This document shows positions 26,501 to 40,800 of a stretch of 64,000 nucleotides of DNA, one piece after another. The stretch is from Lytechinus pictus (Eukaryota). The position numbers were made by a program, and so were the translations under genes. The notes under the pieces are model-generated. The model had not been told where the DNA came from. It did no database searches and saw only the letters and a program-made list of their open reading frames with translations. How positions within the stretch are numbered: position 1 is the stretch's first letter; each line of letters starts with the position of its first letter. The stretch lies in NCBI RefSeq assembly GCF_037042905.1, contig NC_087258.1, forward strand, positions 19,964,001 through 20,028,000, written 5' to 3'.

Positions 26501-28164
26501 TATTTTATATTTGCTTATCCGTTTAATGATTCATTTACAATAATAATGTAGCATTTACAGACTTATTTATTTCAAGATAAAGCCTTTAATGACTAAAAAT
26601 CTATTGAACTGTATACTAGCTGGTAATAAATTTCTTTATAATTTATTTATAGACAGAATGAAATTTTCCGATAAAAAAAAACGAAATGTCATTGTTGCAG
26701 GACTTCATAAATGCAAGGAATATGAAATCATGGTTATATGGTATATCCATTGCCTTTGTCTGTCATATTTCATAATAAATCACATACATATTAGATTGAT
26801 TACGACGATGCATTCATTCTTCATCTCGATGTGTAACATACACACGGGCCAGGGACGACGCCATGATAATCCTATTTTCTTTTGGGGTTGGGGACAAGAC
26901 GCCCCAGGTGACGCCATTTTGTCTTAATTGAATTATAGAGGTATAATATATACACCCGGCCCATTTTACTTCATAAAAACGCCGGATAGCATTATAAGTT
27001 TACCATATGTTTACTATCAGCCAATTGTTAAACATGAATGATTTCGGTAGCTAATAAACTACTAATAAACTGTTATTGCATATTCAATATTAAAAGTTTT
27101 CTAAACGAGTCCCGGCCTGACCTCTCTTTTTAATCTTATCCCCCCCCCCTTTCTTCATTTCTCTCCCTCTTCTAATGTTTAAACATTTTTGGAAATTCGT
27201 AAGGGTCGCCTGCCCCACCCCCCCCCCTCCTTCCGTGGCGCCGCCTCCACATACATGCATGTATGTTGTCCATTGCTTATGTAGTATAGAGGCACTATAT
27301 AACCCAAATGGTATGCAGCAAATAGGTATTCGATGAAAGACAGAAATAAAATCCACTCTCCTTCGGTTTCATCTTGGCAGAATGCTACACATGCTATAGC
27401 TAGGGAAATACATGTATATATTGAAGGCATCTATCCCCAGTAAAGGGGTCGAACAACCTACGGGCATATAGATTGGGGACATCCCCCCCCCCATAAAAAA
27501 AATAATAATAATTATAATGATAATAATAATAATAAAATAGAAATAACATTAAAAAAAGAAAAGTTATAAAACCAAGACCAAAATAAGGGAAAATGGGAGA
27601 ATAAAAGAGGAAAAAGAGCGTATATACTATATGCTATTATTCTTTGTTTAATATGCAAAAATCTATAATAAAAGTAGAGTTTCATTTTAAAAGGTCAACT
27701 TCGATCTGTGCCTGTAGCTCGAGACTTATTACAAAATTATTTACCACAGGCTATACATTTTATTTATCACTGACCCCCACCCGTTAAAAACAATCTGTTC
27801 ATAACAATGAAGAAGTTAAGCAGAAACAGCAATCATAATAGAACCAATATAGATCACACAATTCTTTGTTTTAATTTCCTTCTCATCATAAAACTAATCA
27901 AGAAGTTCACAAGGCCTATAACGATAGTATCTTCAAGCTCTCAGATTAGGTACTACTGTTGCACATACAATATAACCCCCCCCCCGCTCGGTACTGATTA
28001 TTCATGCACCTCTCATCTTCCCAATTCGATGCAATTTATCTTTTCACTGATATTTGGATGTTTACATGATTATTTCCACAGATTCGGGGTCAACATCAAT
28101 TTAAACAGTGTTCACAACGACCATCTGATCCTGTAAAGATTTCCTGTCACCAAGTAGCGAGAAA

Positions 28165-28749
28165 ATGAGGGAATATTCCTCCGCGGTTCTTCTCATCGTC
28201 ACCGTCATCATCGTCGGCCTCGTCTCGCTGACGAGCGCGGCAACGCACGCCACCAACATCAGCAGCAGCTCGGTGGGCAAGAGCAACGCAGACCTCACAT
28301 GGGTTATCCCCAGTGACCTCTCCCAGGCCAGTTATTACGTTCTTTACGTCCTCGACGAGGGACTCAACGTCGTCCTCAACGAAACCGTCGATGACGTCAA
28401 CTCAGCAACATACTCCCTCACCCAACTGACTTTCTCCACGTACTACAATGTGACAATCTACACGCACGACGCAGCAGACGATGCCATCGGCAGTGACACG
28501 TTTTTGTTCGTAACCGACTATGATCCCCTAAATTTCCGCGCTCTGTGCGCCATTGGCGTAGTCGGAGCTCTCGTTCTCATTCTCATCGTGGTCAAATTGG
28601 CGGGAAAGATCTGCAACCCCGACAAGGGTGCCGACAAATGGAAGCAGGAAATTTTGGAGACCAAACAGAGGGACCGAGAAGAGAGAAAGCGGAAGATGCA
28701 GGCGAAGGGAGGATCGAGAGCAGATCTTGATGTCGAAGGTCTAGCATGA
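28165..28749 (+). CDS. Type I membrane protein, 194 aa: signal peptide, one fibronectin type III domain, TM helix, charged cytoplasmic tail
   Basis: Hydrophobic N-terminus (AVLLIVTVIIVGLVSLTSA); FN3 hallmarks LTW...Y.L...Y.LT.L...T.Y.V.I; N-glycosylation sequons NIS, NET, NVT; TM ALCAIGVVGALVLILIVV; GC-rich codon usage against the AT-rich flanks. Confidence 0.85.
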   Translation: MREYSSAVLLIVTVIIVGLVSLTSAATHATNISSSSVGKSNADLTWVIPSDLSQASYYVLYVLDEGLNVVLNETVDDVNSATYSLTQLTFSTYYNVTIYTHDAADDAIGSDTFLFVTDYDPLNFRALCAIGVVGALVLILIVVKLAGKICNPDKGADKWKQEILETKQRDREERKRKMQAKGGSRADLDVEGLA

Positions 28750-29969
28750 TGATCAATACCAATTCATGATCGATTTCCCATTTTCTCTCCTCTGTCCAAA
28801 TGACTAAGAGTGACTATAATGTTTTCTGGTCGGATTTTTACTCATTGCAACGATTCCAAAATCAGAACGCCAACTTTTTTGCGACACCTTGTTCTTTTCT
28901 TCAAAATCAGACACAATCAAGCTTAATAACATGAATAATAATAATAAAGATGCAACAGCTGTCGTGATAATTTTCGATGCATATTACTTGAAAGCAACAT
29001 AAAGAATATCGATACTACAGTATTCGTACCGTTTGCAGTGGTTGACATAGGAAATGGATATGAAAACAGTGAGCGTTATTCTTTAAGTGAGAACACCTTT
29101 TCCCATTTCAGATTATTTGTGTGGATTTTTAACAGAGGCGGGGAGCTTGTGAGGAAAATTCTGAAAAAAAAATCGAGGCCTATTTTCTGTGCTCCCCTCT
29201 CTTTCGTTTATCAAATCTTAGATCCTTAAATCATTATCTAGGCCTATAATACCCCACAGGTATACTTTTTTACTTGAATACCAAGTCTAACATTATATAA
29301 CTGTTGAAAAAGAAATCAAGGACCACTTTACACCATAATCATGTTTCATTATATTCCAGCATAATTTATAACCGGATTTGCTATAGATTTACAATCTAAT
29401 AATCAGGTATTATCAGTGTTATATACAAGAGTCCTCAAGTCAAGCTTCTGTTTTCGCTGTTTGAATGCCTGCGCTATACTACATTGAATGTATATATCCA
29501 TTACCATATGACTGTGTAATTTTGTATCCTTTTCCCGGTATTCGTTTTCATATTTTACTTACTATTGCTCCTTTTAATGACCAATATGTTTGTCTGAATT
29601 CATTTGTAAACATAGATGAAGTTGAAGGAATTGAAAAGTAGTTTTACTAGATTTACTTTCGAAGCACAAATAGTTTATTAAAAAAAGCAATATAACGCTA
29701 AATACATAGCGGTATATCGATTTTATCGATTGATATGTGTAAAAATTAATTTAGCAAAATTTTTTTTGGTATGTGCAATACGGATTTAAATCATGTGATT
29801 GGTTATTGATCCGAGAATGCACAATCACCCGGTGATCGAAGTAAACGATTCAAAATATGTTTTAAACTATATGACGTCACCCACCATGGTTAAAGTACTG
29901 CAAGATGAAGAATGTAAATAGATTGATTAAAATTATGAGCTTAAACATCGATAAAAATTTACAGTTTAA

Positions 29970-30689
29970 CCCTAGAAGGACTGGCTATTTGAGATGTATT
30001 AAGGACGGGGGGGGGGCATGATGGCCCCCTTCTGATCTCGGCCACCGTTCTCCCGATCGCGCCGAAATTTGGCACGCACATATAAACTACAAGCCAGTAT
30101 AAAAACAAAATCCGAAAATATTTTTTTATTTTTATTATGAATAAAATATGCAAATTTATTCATGAAAACAGTATTTGCATATTTTACACTTCAAATTTTA
30201 TCTTATTTTCCAAATGTCATCTTCTTAATCTAATTTAAAGGTTTCCGCAAAGAAAAATTGTGAAAGCCATTTTGTCCTTATGTATTTCTCTGTTTTTAGA
30301 ATTTCTTATGTATTTCTCTTTTTTAATTGTTATTTCATTGTTTTTTTTTTCAATAGAAATTATTACAGACCATTTAACAACAAAATTAATAAACCCTTAA
30401 TTAATTAAGCAGACCAATTAAAACGAAAAATAATAATCCTTTGATGAATTTCATCTCCCATAGACCTTATATACAAAGTATAAAAATTAGCAATTTTCGG
30501 CATGATATTGTCTCGTAAAAAGTCATGTGGCGTCGTGATGCTATACCCGAATGTCGTGAATTTGGTCTCGAAAGTTGCGCGAGATTTCAAAGTTATAAAA
30601 TTTTGCGGCGCCATTTTTTTGTTGCGTTTTTAGAAATATCGCCCAAAGCGTCTTGGGGGAGGGGGCATCATGCCCCCAGTCCTTTAGGG
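29970..30689. mobile_element. piggyBac-like MITE
   Basis: TTAA|CCCTAGAAGGACTGG ... CCAGTCCTTTAGGG|TTAA. Confidence 0.85.
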
Positions 30690-30875
30690 TTAAGGGAAAA
30701 TGAAGGTGAATGAAAAGCCGAGGACAATAAAGAAAGATAAGAAAGGGGGAAATTAAAAGAATAAATTTGTCAACTATTTTTAAGGGAGGACGGAAGAAAT
30801 GGGAGAAAAGGAGAGAATACCAACACCTTTAAACAGTTGAATGAAATATCGGAAAATTATTATGAATGAGTTCAT

Positions 30876-30954
30876 TAACCTGTTGACTACTGAAATCTGT
30901 GATTCCCATAGGCTTTGTAAAGGGAGCACACAGTTCCAGTAGTCAATGAGTTAA
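30876..30954. mobile_element. Tiny hairpin MITE flanked by TTAA
   Basis: TTAACCTGTTGACTACTG ... CAGTAGTCAATGAGTTAA. Confidence 0.55.
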
Positions 30955-31507
30955 CATTGTGTGCATACAAATTGCAAGCTATAAACCAAAGAAATATTCA
31001 TTGATCGAGTGATTTCAGCTTAAGACTATCATTTGTACATTTTGGTGACTATAATAAAAGACCATATTTTCTACTTATAGTACGGTGTTACCTGTTGATG
31101 TTGTTGTTGTTGTTATTATAATGCATGCACAGAAAACAAAACTATCATGACTACGGTGTTAACCAGTGTCCACAGGACCACACCAGTCTTTTAACCCACG
31201 TGATAAATTTAAAGTGTTAGTTCGACAGTCGACACGCAACATCTTTGATTGTTACTTTAATTCTGTTTGGTTCAATTCTGTTTGGTTCAAACTCCATGGT
31301 GTGTAATTTCAACACCTCATGGCGTGGAACACCAACTGGGGTCGAAGTTCTTAAAGAAAATAAGGGGGAGGGATCATCAACAGTTAAAGATGAAGATGTG
31401 AAATGTTTGGATAATTTACATTTGGAAAGGAAAATGTTGATGACGGTGACCGATGTTTATAATTGGAATCATGATGATGATGATGATGATGATGATAGTA
31501 ATGGTGA

Positions 31508-31914
31508 NNNNNNNNNNNNNNNNNNNNNNNNNNNNNNNNNNNNNNNNNNNNNNNNNNNNNNNNNNNNNNNNNNNNNNNNNNNNNNNNNNNNNNNNNNNNN
31601 NNNNNNNNNNNNNNNNNNNNNNNNNNNNNNNNNNNNNNNNNNNNNNNNNNNNNNNNNNNNNNNNNNNNNNNNNNNNNNNNNNNNNNNNNNNNNNNNNNNN
31701 NNNNNNNNNNNNNNNNNNNNNNNNNNNNNNNNNNNNNNNNNNNNNNNNNNNNNNNNNNNNNNNNNNNNNNNNNNNNNNNNNNNNNNNNNNNNNNNNNNNN
31801 NNNNNNNNNNNNNNNNNNNNNNNNNNNNNNNNNNNNNNNNNNNNNNNNNNNNNNNNNNNNNNNNNNNNNNNNNNNNNNNNNNNNNNNNNNNNNNNNNNNN
31901 NNNNNNNNNNNNNN
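31508..31914. other. Assembly gap (407 N)
   Basis: Run of N directly after a (GAT)n microsatellite. Confidence 0.99.
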
Positions 31915-32995
31915 GTGTCGTATCTAAGGAAAACAGCGCCCGGGGCAAGAGAAAATTTGCACCCTGCAATTGCCGTTCAAATATATGTTGCCTGGATGAA
32001 CCATGATGAAGTGCTTTCCAATTTTTACACCGTTGGCGGCTTTGGTTGTCGTCATATTCATATTTAGGTTTCTCTCTCTCTTCGTTTTAATTTTTAGCCA
32101 AAATATTTCTTCTGTCAATTCTTTTTTTTCATTTTATGTATAAAAAAACAAATCCACTTATGCCTCCCGGAAAGTTGTGCTCGGGGCACGTGCCCTCTTG
32201 ATACAAAACTGTACGCAAACCCCACACATTCCCTGTTCATTCATTCTGTAACTGTGTAAAATTAAATTCTCGTATTTTTTCTTTACTTTCAGAGACGAAT
32301 ACGCACATACCCTTCTCATCGACCGACCCTCACATCGCTTACTCTCTAACCCATACACCCTCACAGTTATATCCACATCCGCGCACACCCTAAAAAAACA
32401 CCGCCCTTTCGCTTCCCTAGTACATTTATTAATTATTTCCTACGACCCCTTACCTGTCTCTCTCAGACACTTCAGTACACTTCCACACGCACATGTCTTG
32501 CAAACATACACACGCCCTCACACAAACACACACGCTCACACCCTCGCTTATAAACTTCCCTTCTCTACAGTCCCCTTTCCCCCCTGATATATCACTATTA
32601 TCCATTATGGCCCCTCTCAGACGCTTTATATAGTGTACTCCCACACGCACATATCCTAAAATATACTACTATCTCACACACACCCTCTCACACCCACAAA
32701 ATCCCTTCCCCTTTATATAGTCGTTTTTTTCTTAACTCTCCCTATTACCCTCTTACCTACCCCTCTCAGACTCTTCAGCGCTCCAATACGCACATTCCCT
32801 GTAAACATACCACAGACACACCCTCACCGACCAACACACCCTCAGAAACAATCACTCATTCGTTCATGTGTGTGTCTCTCTCCATCCCTTGTATGCCTCT
32901 CGCAGACACACGTGCACTCACGCATAATCACCCACATGCATGCAACTCATCTATACCCCCTCTCTCCGTGCACTCTGACTCTCTCCCTCCACCCC

Positions 32996-33028
<33 letters not shown>

Positions 33029-34013
33029 ACTTACTAACGTCATATCCTTCTATCCCTCAATCCTCTTTGAAATATACCATTCCCGGCCATCTATTCCAAA
33101 TCATCAATTTCTCAAATAAATTCATATTCACTTCTGTCCCTGTTCGATTTCTCGAATACATTCTTGTTCAATCTCATGTTGAATATTACTAATAATAACC
33201 CTTTGTATACATTAAAATCATGACTAAAACATGTATATGATCAACTCCAAGATTGATTACAAGACACCTCAAACTTTTAAGATGGAATTTAACGTTTATT
33301 TCAGAAAAAATACATAGTTTTCTTTCAGCAATTAGAGATATACGATTATTGCACTTGTCAATATATAAATTGTAACTTATTATTTTCTCAAAATTAATGC
33401 TTCTTTCCTGTTGATTCATATTATCATATTATCAAGTCTTTTGTCAACAAAGAGGAGCGCACTGAATTAAAACAAGATGAATGTATGAATATACCGCATA
33501 TCTTTAAAAAATATTTTTAGCAAACATCCATTTCAAATGTTGATGTTGCTGGCTTTCCATAGTTGTGGTTGATCAAATCAATCGCAACTCTTTGTAAGAC
33601 GGGGCCCATGTGTATGTTTGCAAAATATGTAGCAGAAGTATCTGAGATACGCAGAAAATGGCACTTTCGCTTTCCTTGCCCCTCCGATCTGATCTTTGAT
33701 AAATTCTGTAACCTTTTTTTTTCTTTTATTTATTTTCCATTTACCCTTAAAACCACCATACTTACTAATCATAATTTCAGAAAATGGTTGTTTTGTTTCC
33801 CTTCCTAAACCTGGATCATTCAAGTGCATTGAAGAATTCAGATTTTTTTTAAAGACAATCCTGAGTTACTTATTATCTCGTTTTATTGAAACAAGAGCAA
33901 CTCACAATCATTATCATTACAGACACATCCATCGATGCCCAGTACTTCTACCGAAAAAACACACATGTGTAGGAACTTGAATTTGATAGACGATTTGACA
34001 TTATCACATATCA

Positions 34014-34174
34014 GGGCCCCGTTGCATATATATTACTATTATGGTATCATTGCCATCCAGTGGTAACTTCCATGGTAACGATGATGAACAGCCAATCAAA
34101 ATCAAGGATTCCATGCAAGATACCATTGCTGCATGACAAAGTTACCATAATGATAACTTAAATGCAAACGGGAC
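34014..34174. mobile_element. Short palindromic MITE (GGGCCC termini, central CCAAT); related copy at about 35215-35355
   Basis: GGGCCCCGTTGCAT...ATGCAAACGGGAC, with internal GGTAAC/GTTACC symmetry around CAGCCAATCA. Confidence 0.5.
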
Positions 34175-34801
34175 TTGGACTAAGATTTCCGGCGAGATCC
34201 AAAGCAAATTTACATTTTTACGGTAATTTCATTCAAGGGATTTGATTCAGATGGAGAGTATGGTGCCCCGGAGGTGACAGGATATTTTTCATTTTACCAA
34301 ATAACTCCCATGACTTACTTACTCGTTCCCACGACTTATTTACTCATGTTTTCCCACGACCTTATAACGCCCCTTAAGTAGTTGATGGAACGAGTTAGCA
34401 ATTCATGAAAACATGCAAATGTATTGTTACTTTGATTATATTTTGTTGAACGGAAATAAATAAATAAATCTAAATCTAACAAGCTTGGTACGTCGATTGA
34501 ATGAGTTCGTACGTCGCGGGAACAAGTAATGAAATAAAAAGTAAATATATAAATAAAAAAACACTAATCATATCGCCTTAATGCGTAGGTCTCTGGAGAA
34601 AAATCATGGCACGAAAATGGAGGAAGAGAGATTCCATGTTCTTGATTACCAGAATAGGGGGGAGGGGGATTGCGAGACTTTGGTAAATAGAACGAATGAA
34701 CATTTTCTCAAAATGGATGGATATGGTGAAGGGGTTGGGGTGGGCTTTCCATGTTATGTTAGATCATATACCCATTCACTGAGAAAAGCTCAATCTTCAC
34801 T

Positions 34802-37800
34802 TTAGAGGTTGACTTCGTAGACTTGGATGGTACCGCTTACAGTGCTGGTGACGATTAGCATCGGCCTGTCGAATGGGGATTTGGAGGCTGGCACGAAGCT
34901 GTGGGTTAAAAAAGGTAACGTAATGAGGTTATTAAGACCAATCCAATGGTAATTTTTTGGAAATACCAAAAAGTACTTCACTCTTAGAAAAATGGTCTTT
35001 AAAGGATTCTGTACTTGTTCCGTATTTCGAACCTTTCAAGAATACCTACACTGACGTACTTTTTTGCTTGTCCAATTTTGTTCTTTTGTTTTTTTTGCTT
35101 TTCAAATTTCAACCAGCACCCTCTGGCTCCCTGTTAATCGTTCCCACGGCCCTGATCTAGGACTAGAAAGATTTATCTATCAGAAAGTGATAGTTAATAT
35201 GACATCACTATAAAGGTATGTTCCATAAAGATATGCAACTATTGTAACTTCGTCACGATGGTAATTACCATGGTAACAGGACTCAGCAGCCAATCACAAT
35301 CAAGCTTTCCATGTTAGTTACCATTACCTGTAACGTCTTTATGAAACAGATCCTGGGTATGGTAATTTCTATGAAGTTTATTATTCCCCTCAGAGGAAAG
35401 TCAATCACGAACCGCGATACAAAACTCAATAGTGCCAAATAATCGATTTTTTTTCTTTCTTATTTTGCGGAAGTTTCACCCTTCTCCTTTGTTATCTTTG
35501 ATTTTAATGGTTCGACTGTTTGATCATAACTATCATTTTATGAAGATGTTCTTTAGGGTCATATACAAGGCAAAAATTGCAGGCTATTAATTTTGCTATC
35601 GAAAGTAGCTTACACGGACCAACATACGTGCAATAAGACCGACAGAATTGTTCGAAGACATGAAAGATTAGACATTTCTCACTCGGCTGGGGATTATATT
35701 ACTATAATTTTATTGGAGAAGATTACAGGATCTTTCGCGGTGTGCCAAACATATAGTGAAACACAATCCTTATCTTCAATCATTTGGATTGCTTGAGACT
35801 GACAAAATAGAATTAATCAAATCCCGCGTTGTCGGGCCTACATTTTCAGAGATTCGTGTGTGACTCTAGCATTTACTGACAGTAATGAAAGATAGGCCTA
35901 TCAACGTTGCGCACCAAACTAAGTCACTAAAGTGAAATTACCAAAATTTAACGGGTATTTTGATTATAATTATATATATTAAAATAATGAAATGCAAGAG
36001 GGAATCACCAATACTCACCGCAGGTCTTCTGGATCCAGGTCGCCGAGATTGCGTTCTTCCAGAAGTTCTTGATAGGTTTGACTTGTTCCACCGTCCCGTT
36101 TAACATCTACAAACCTTAGTTCCATGTCACTGGTGGAAGTTGGCATAACAATCTCATAGATGAGAATGGCGGCGCTTCGATCGATGCCGAAAAATGCGTA
36201 GGTCTTGCCGTTTATCTCGCCAAACTCGATACTCTCACACTCGGGCCCCTGATTCATAATAATCAGACATTCAAAATCACTCAAGATATGATATCAATCT
36301 ACGTATTGCCATATTCCTACTGGGGAGAACACAGTGTCCCCGGCCGACCACAGTGTGTGTGTGACGAGATAATAATACACGTTTAAGTCTTGAGTACAGA
36401 CTAGTGAAGTTAGTGAGGGAGACTAGAAAAAAACTTAGCAATGACCACTGGTGAACAACGGACTTGTTAGTCGGAATCGGAGTTCGGACGTCGTGTGTAC
36501 ATTTGTAAATAAACTGTGTTTTAAACCATTTGACACGGCGTGGCTTGTTTTCTAGCAGTTCACAGTGTGTTCACAGTGCGGAACATATATGCGATGTGAA
36601 ATCACCTTCACACTCATAAATTCGAGCATTTGAACAGTATGGATCTCTCATTCACATAGTCGATCATGTGAACAGTCACACTGTCGAGGTGTCCATGGTG
36701 TGAAAATATCTTCACACTGTTGAAATTGAGCTTTTAACAGTGTGAATAATAATTTTCCCATAGTTCACTATGTGAACGCACTGTGATCACACTGTGTGAA
36801 ACGGTGTTCTTTCGAGCAGGAGACGACAATCATGATAGCCACAACTTTTCAACTTGGAAAGGGTGTGGATATGAATGGTCGATTAAGCGAAAGAAAATAC
36901 GTATGTGAACGCACTGTGGTCATACTATGGGATACTGTGGGGTTTTTTTAGCAGGAATGTTGAATCATCCACCAAATGTGAATCATAATGTGATGCCGAT
37001 TATGTATTTTGTTGACCTAACTATCGCCAATATTTATCCACTTACTAGCCGACCAAACGGTGCAGTTTAAGTTCAGTGCAAACGTCAAATGAAAGCAGAA
37101 TGTCTGTTGCATCTACGTATGGAATTTAATGTTTTTGAGGTCGCATTTTCTTATGCTTAGAAAGTTTAGATTAATTCAATAAACGAATGTATCTCATCCT
37201 TTGCTTATGTAGCAGTGACATTTTTTATTGACTGACGAAAGCAAAGGGGACAATGAATTCATCAACATAATTATAAGACCCCTGTTAGACCAACCAAGTT
37301 ATCGGAGCGTGAATCCTGTAGGTCTCCTGGGGTTTCGTTATCCGCCTCGCCAGGTTTGGTGTCGCCATTGAATACATCCGGGTACGACTCCTTCATTCTC
37401 CTCTCGACGTCGTCCGCGCTGTCCCAGACACGTTCTATGTTTTTCAGGCTAGGTACCCCGTAAGGCCTGAAGATAGACACACCGCGGGCCCCAAAGAAGT
37501 GGGGGCGAAGAACCTTACCGTCATCATCTAGACCGTCGGTCCTGCTGAACTTGAGACGACCTTGAGAAAATAACGAGTATAGTTACAAACAACTATTCCT
37601 TTGGAAAAGCGTCAACCCGCAGTTCGACACTCTATACCCAGGGGAGCGTTTCATTAACATTTTCAACCGAGAAGTAGTCAGATCTGACATCTTTACTTTA
37701 CTTTGATTGGCCGAGAGGCACTCTTTTTTATGGTAACTGTCGAATAAAATGGGACTTGTCGGATAAAACGTCCAAGTCCTTTCATGAAACGCCACCATGG

Positions 37801-40800
37801 TCTTGAATTAGTACCAGGTAGGATGCGAAAGGATGTGTAGGCCTATAGTATGCCGCAGTCGAGTATTGGAACTATTGTTGGAATGCTCCCCAAGGAGTGG
37901 AGAGGGTGCATGTATTTTATACGGGCAGACCAGGACCCGATGACAGTGGTAATAATGCAAATTAGTGCTCAGAAACATCATGTTTTAAGCACTATTAAGG
38001 TAACTTTTATGATGATGATGATGACGACGACGATTATGATGGTGATGATAATGGTGATGACGATGATGATGATGATGATGAACAACATTTGTATCGCACC
38101 TCGTTTAAGACAATGTCTGATCCCAGCAATACTGCGGAGCTGGTAGCATGCAGACTGACAGACATGCCATATAATTACTATTATTATCATTATTACTATT
38201 TTTATTGTTATAATTACCGTAAGGGCACTAGTATTCAACCCGTTTGGAGAGTTTCCTCAAATATATAGAAATAAAGAATTTACCTGAATTTCAGACCCGT
38301 CTTATTTCCAAGAGCAAATGCTGGTTATCCTTTTTCCGTTATTTTTTTCTTCAACCAGTTGACTGTGTGCGCGGGTGATCGAATTATACGGCGACGGATT
38401 TTGGTACTAGTATTCAACCCGTCGGCACTAGTATTCAACCTAGCGATGAAAGATGGCCCTGTCTCTCAATCTGCTCTTGTCCCATCCGACTATGGACTAG
38501 ATCATTTGAGATGAGACCAAACAGGGAATTAATTAAAGCCAGAGAATTACATAGATCTAGATCTAATTTAGCAATCTAAACCCTTTTGAGATTTGCTATC
38601 AATCGATCCTCACTAGGTTGAATACTAGTGCCATTCAGTGCAAAAGGCCATCGCCGCATAATTCGATCCTCCGCGCATACAGTCGACAGATTGACAAAGA
38701 AAATATCGACAACAGATTACCCTGGAAATAACAAAGGTATGAAATTAAGATAAATTCCCTATTTCTAAATATTTTGGGGAATATGTCAAAATCTTTGAAT
38801 TATGCCGGGTTGAATACTAGTACCCATACGGTACTACTACTATTGTTATTATTATTATTATCTTTATTTCCTGTGACAAAACCCAATGCCCTGCGTTCAA
38901 CTTTCATCATGTTCTCGTTTGATTAAAATACCACTTGAGGCAGTATTTCAAATTATTGTCGCGGCAATTTTCAAGAAGTGAACAAGTATTCTTCATTGTA
39001 CCTTTTCTTCGAGAAAATAATGCGATAGCAGTGAATTTGTCGTTCCCTGTTGTAATCAAAGTAGATCGGTGATATTATAATGCTACATGATTGTTGTTTC
39101 AAGTCATTATTCAAGGTTGGATAACTACATATTATCTGAAATAATGAAACTATAACGGCATCCATTATGTATTTCCGACATGCATCTTTAAATCTAGAAA
39201 TCTTACCAAGTTCATCATTGTCCTTCAGTTGATCTTTCAGATTTGATGACATAGAGTCAGATAGCTCCACACCTGCGAAGAAAGTAATGTTTTAAATTAA
39301 TTATGGTGACAGTAAATGAGAACAGTGATACGCGGGGCACTCACTTCAAAAGGAGGGGGCACTCGGATTTGGAAAATGGCAAGAGTAGGGATGTGCGGCC
39401 ACAAAAGCTTGAAACCATATCCTCAAAATGCTTAAGAACTGAAGTTGCCAATAAATGAGGGACTTAAGAACTAGGTGGCCCTTTGCAAATTTAGGTCCTT
39501 GGAAACTGGAATTTAGCATGAAATGACCGTCTTCGAAATTAGGTGAGATGGGGTTGGTCAATGAAAAAGGGGGGAATCATACCCTTAGTAAACCGTAACA
39601 AGGGGGCCTTAAAGGCCGAACATACCCCTACTGCCATTATCCTGGAGATACATTCATATATACTGTACATACCTTCATCTCCGTCGTACAGGTCCTTTCC
39701 TCGAATGCCTTCGTCCCAATCATCACTACCAAGCTCATATTCGAATCTGTCGCCCTCATTGGCAGTGAATATATAGTCTGTATTATTGAAACTGAAGACC
39801 TTGATTGCGTCTGGCTGGTAGAAGCTGAAAATGTCGTACTTTTTGTTCTCTGGGAAGATTTCTACAGCAGAGAATTTGTTAAAATTGAAAAGTAAATGGT
39901 AGCGATTACGAAATCCTACCAATTCAAATTTGGAGATACTCCCATACCCGCAAACGCCCCCAAACATTCACGCCTGTGACGTGTCGATGGTTTCAATTTA
40001 TCTTTGCCGCCGAAGTGGGGATGTGTGTGTGATGTAATACACTCTAAATTAACAATTTAATCACTAAGAAGGCCCACGCTCGGACAGAAACAGAAAAACC
40101 ACACACCGTGATCAGTTCATTGGATGTTTCATAGCCCTTTATACAGCTGAAGTTTAATTTGACTGACGGGATCTTTTCACAAATTATATATTTCTGTGCT
40201 TTAAAAAAATGTTGTTTGAAATGTGATGACACAGTTATCTAGACTTGTACCTTCCCACTCTGTCGGATATGTCCTTGGTTAGAGGGATAAAACCTTAATT
40301 GTCCCCACTTGTATGTATACACACACACACTCACACACGCCCTCACGGACCCTTACATATACACACGCACCCTATCATTCGCGCGCGTGTGTGTGTCCTC
40401 GTTTTCCACTGTAAGTACAGTTACATCCACCCCACATAACACACGCCCTCACCTTCACACACACGCATGCACTACACACAAGACTGCACGAACGTGATAA
40501 AATGGACATACCGTTGTCTTTATCGCTTCCATCGATGTAAATCTGCCCCCACACACACCCTCACCTTCGCACACACACACACACCCACACGCACTACACA
40601 TAAGACTGCACGGACATGATACAAACTTTGCATACTGTTGTCTTTGTCGCTTCCATCGATGTACATCTGCCCCCACGATTTAGTTCCAAGTGGTATAATG
40701 TCTGTGATGGTCCTCTGCTCGATATCGACGACAGCAATAGCATTGTTTTCCTGAGCAACGACATCAATGGTTACGAACGTTTATGATACATAAATGTCCA

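Noticed and set aside
31245-32067. Long ORFs of 166-253 aa
   Set aside because: They are open only because they span the N gap.
36317-36953. Possible TIR element(s) with CACAGTG/CACTGTG motifs in msp130-like intron 8
   Set aside because: The termini and TSD could not be defined with confidence.
40251-40293. Extra mini-exon in the msp130-like gene (AG...GT bounded)
   Set aside because: Exon 5 joins exon 6 in phase without it, and including it would shift the frame.
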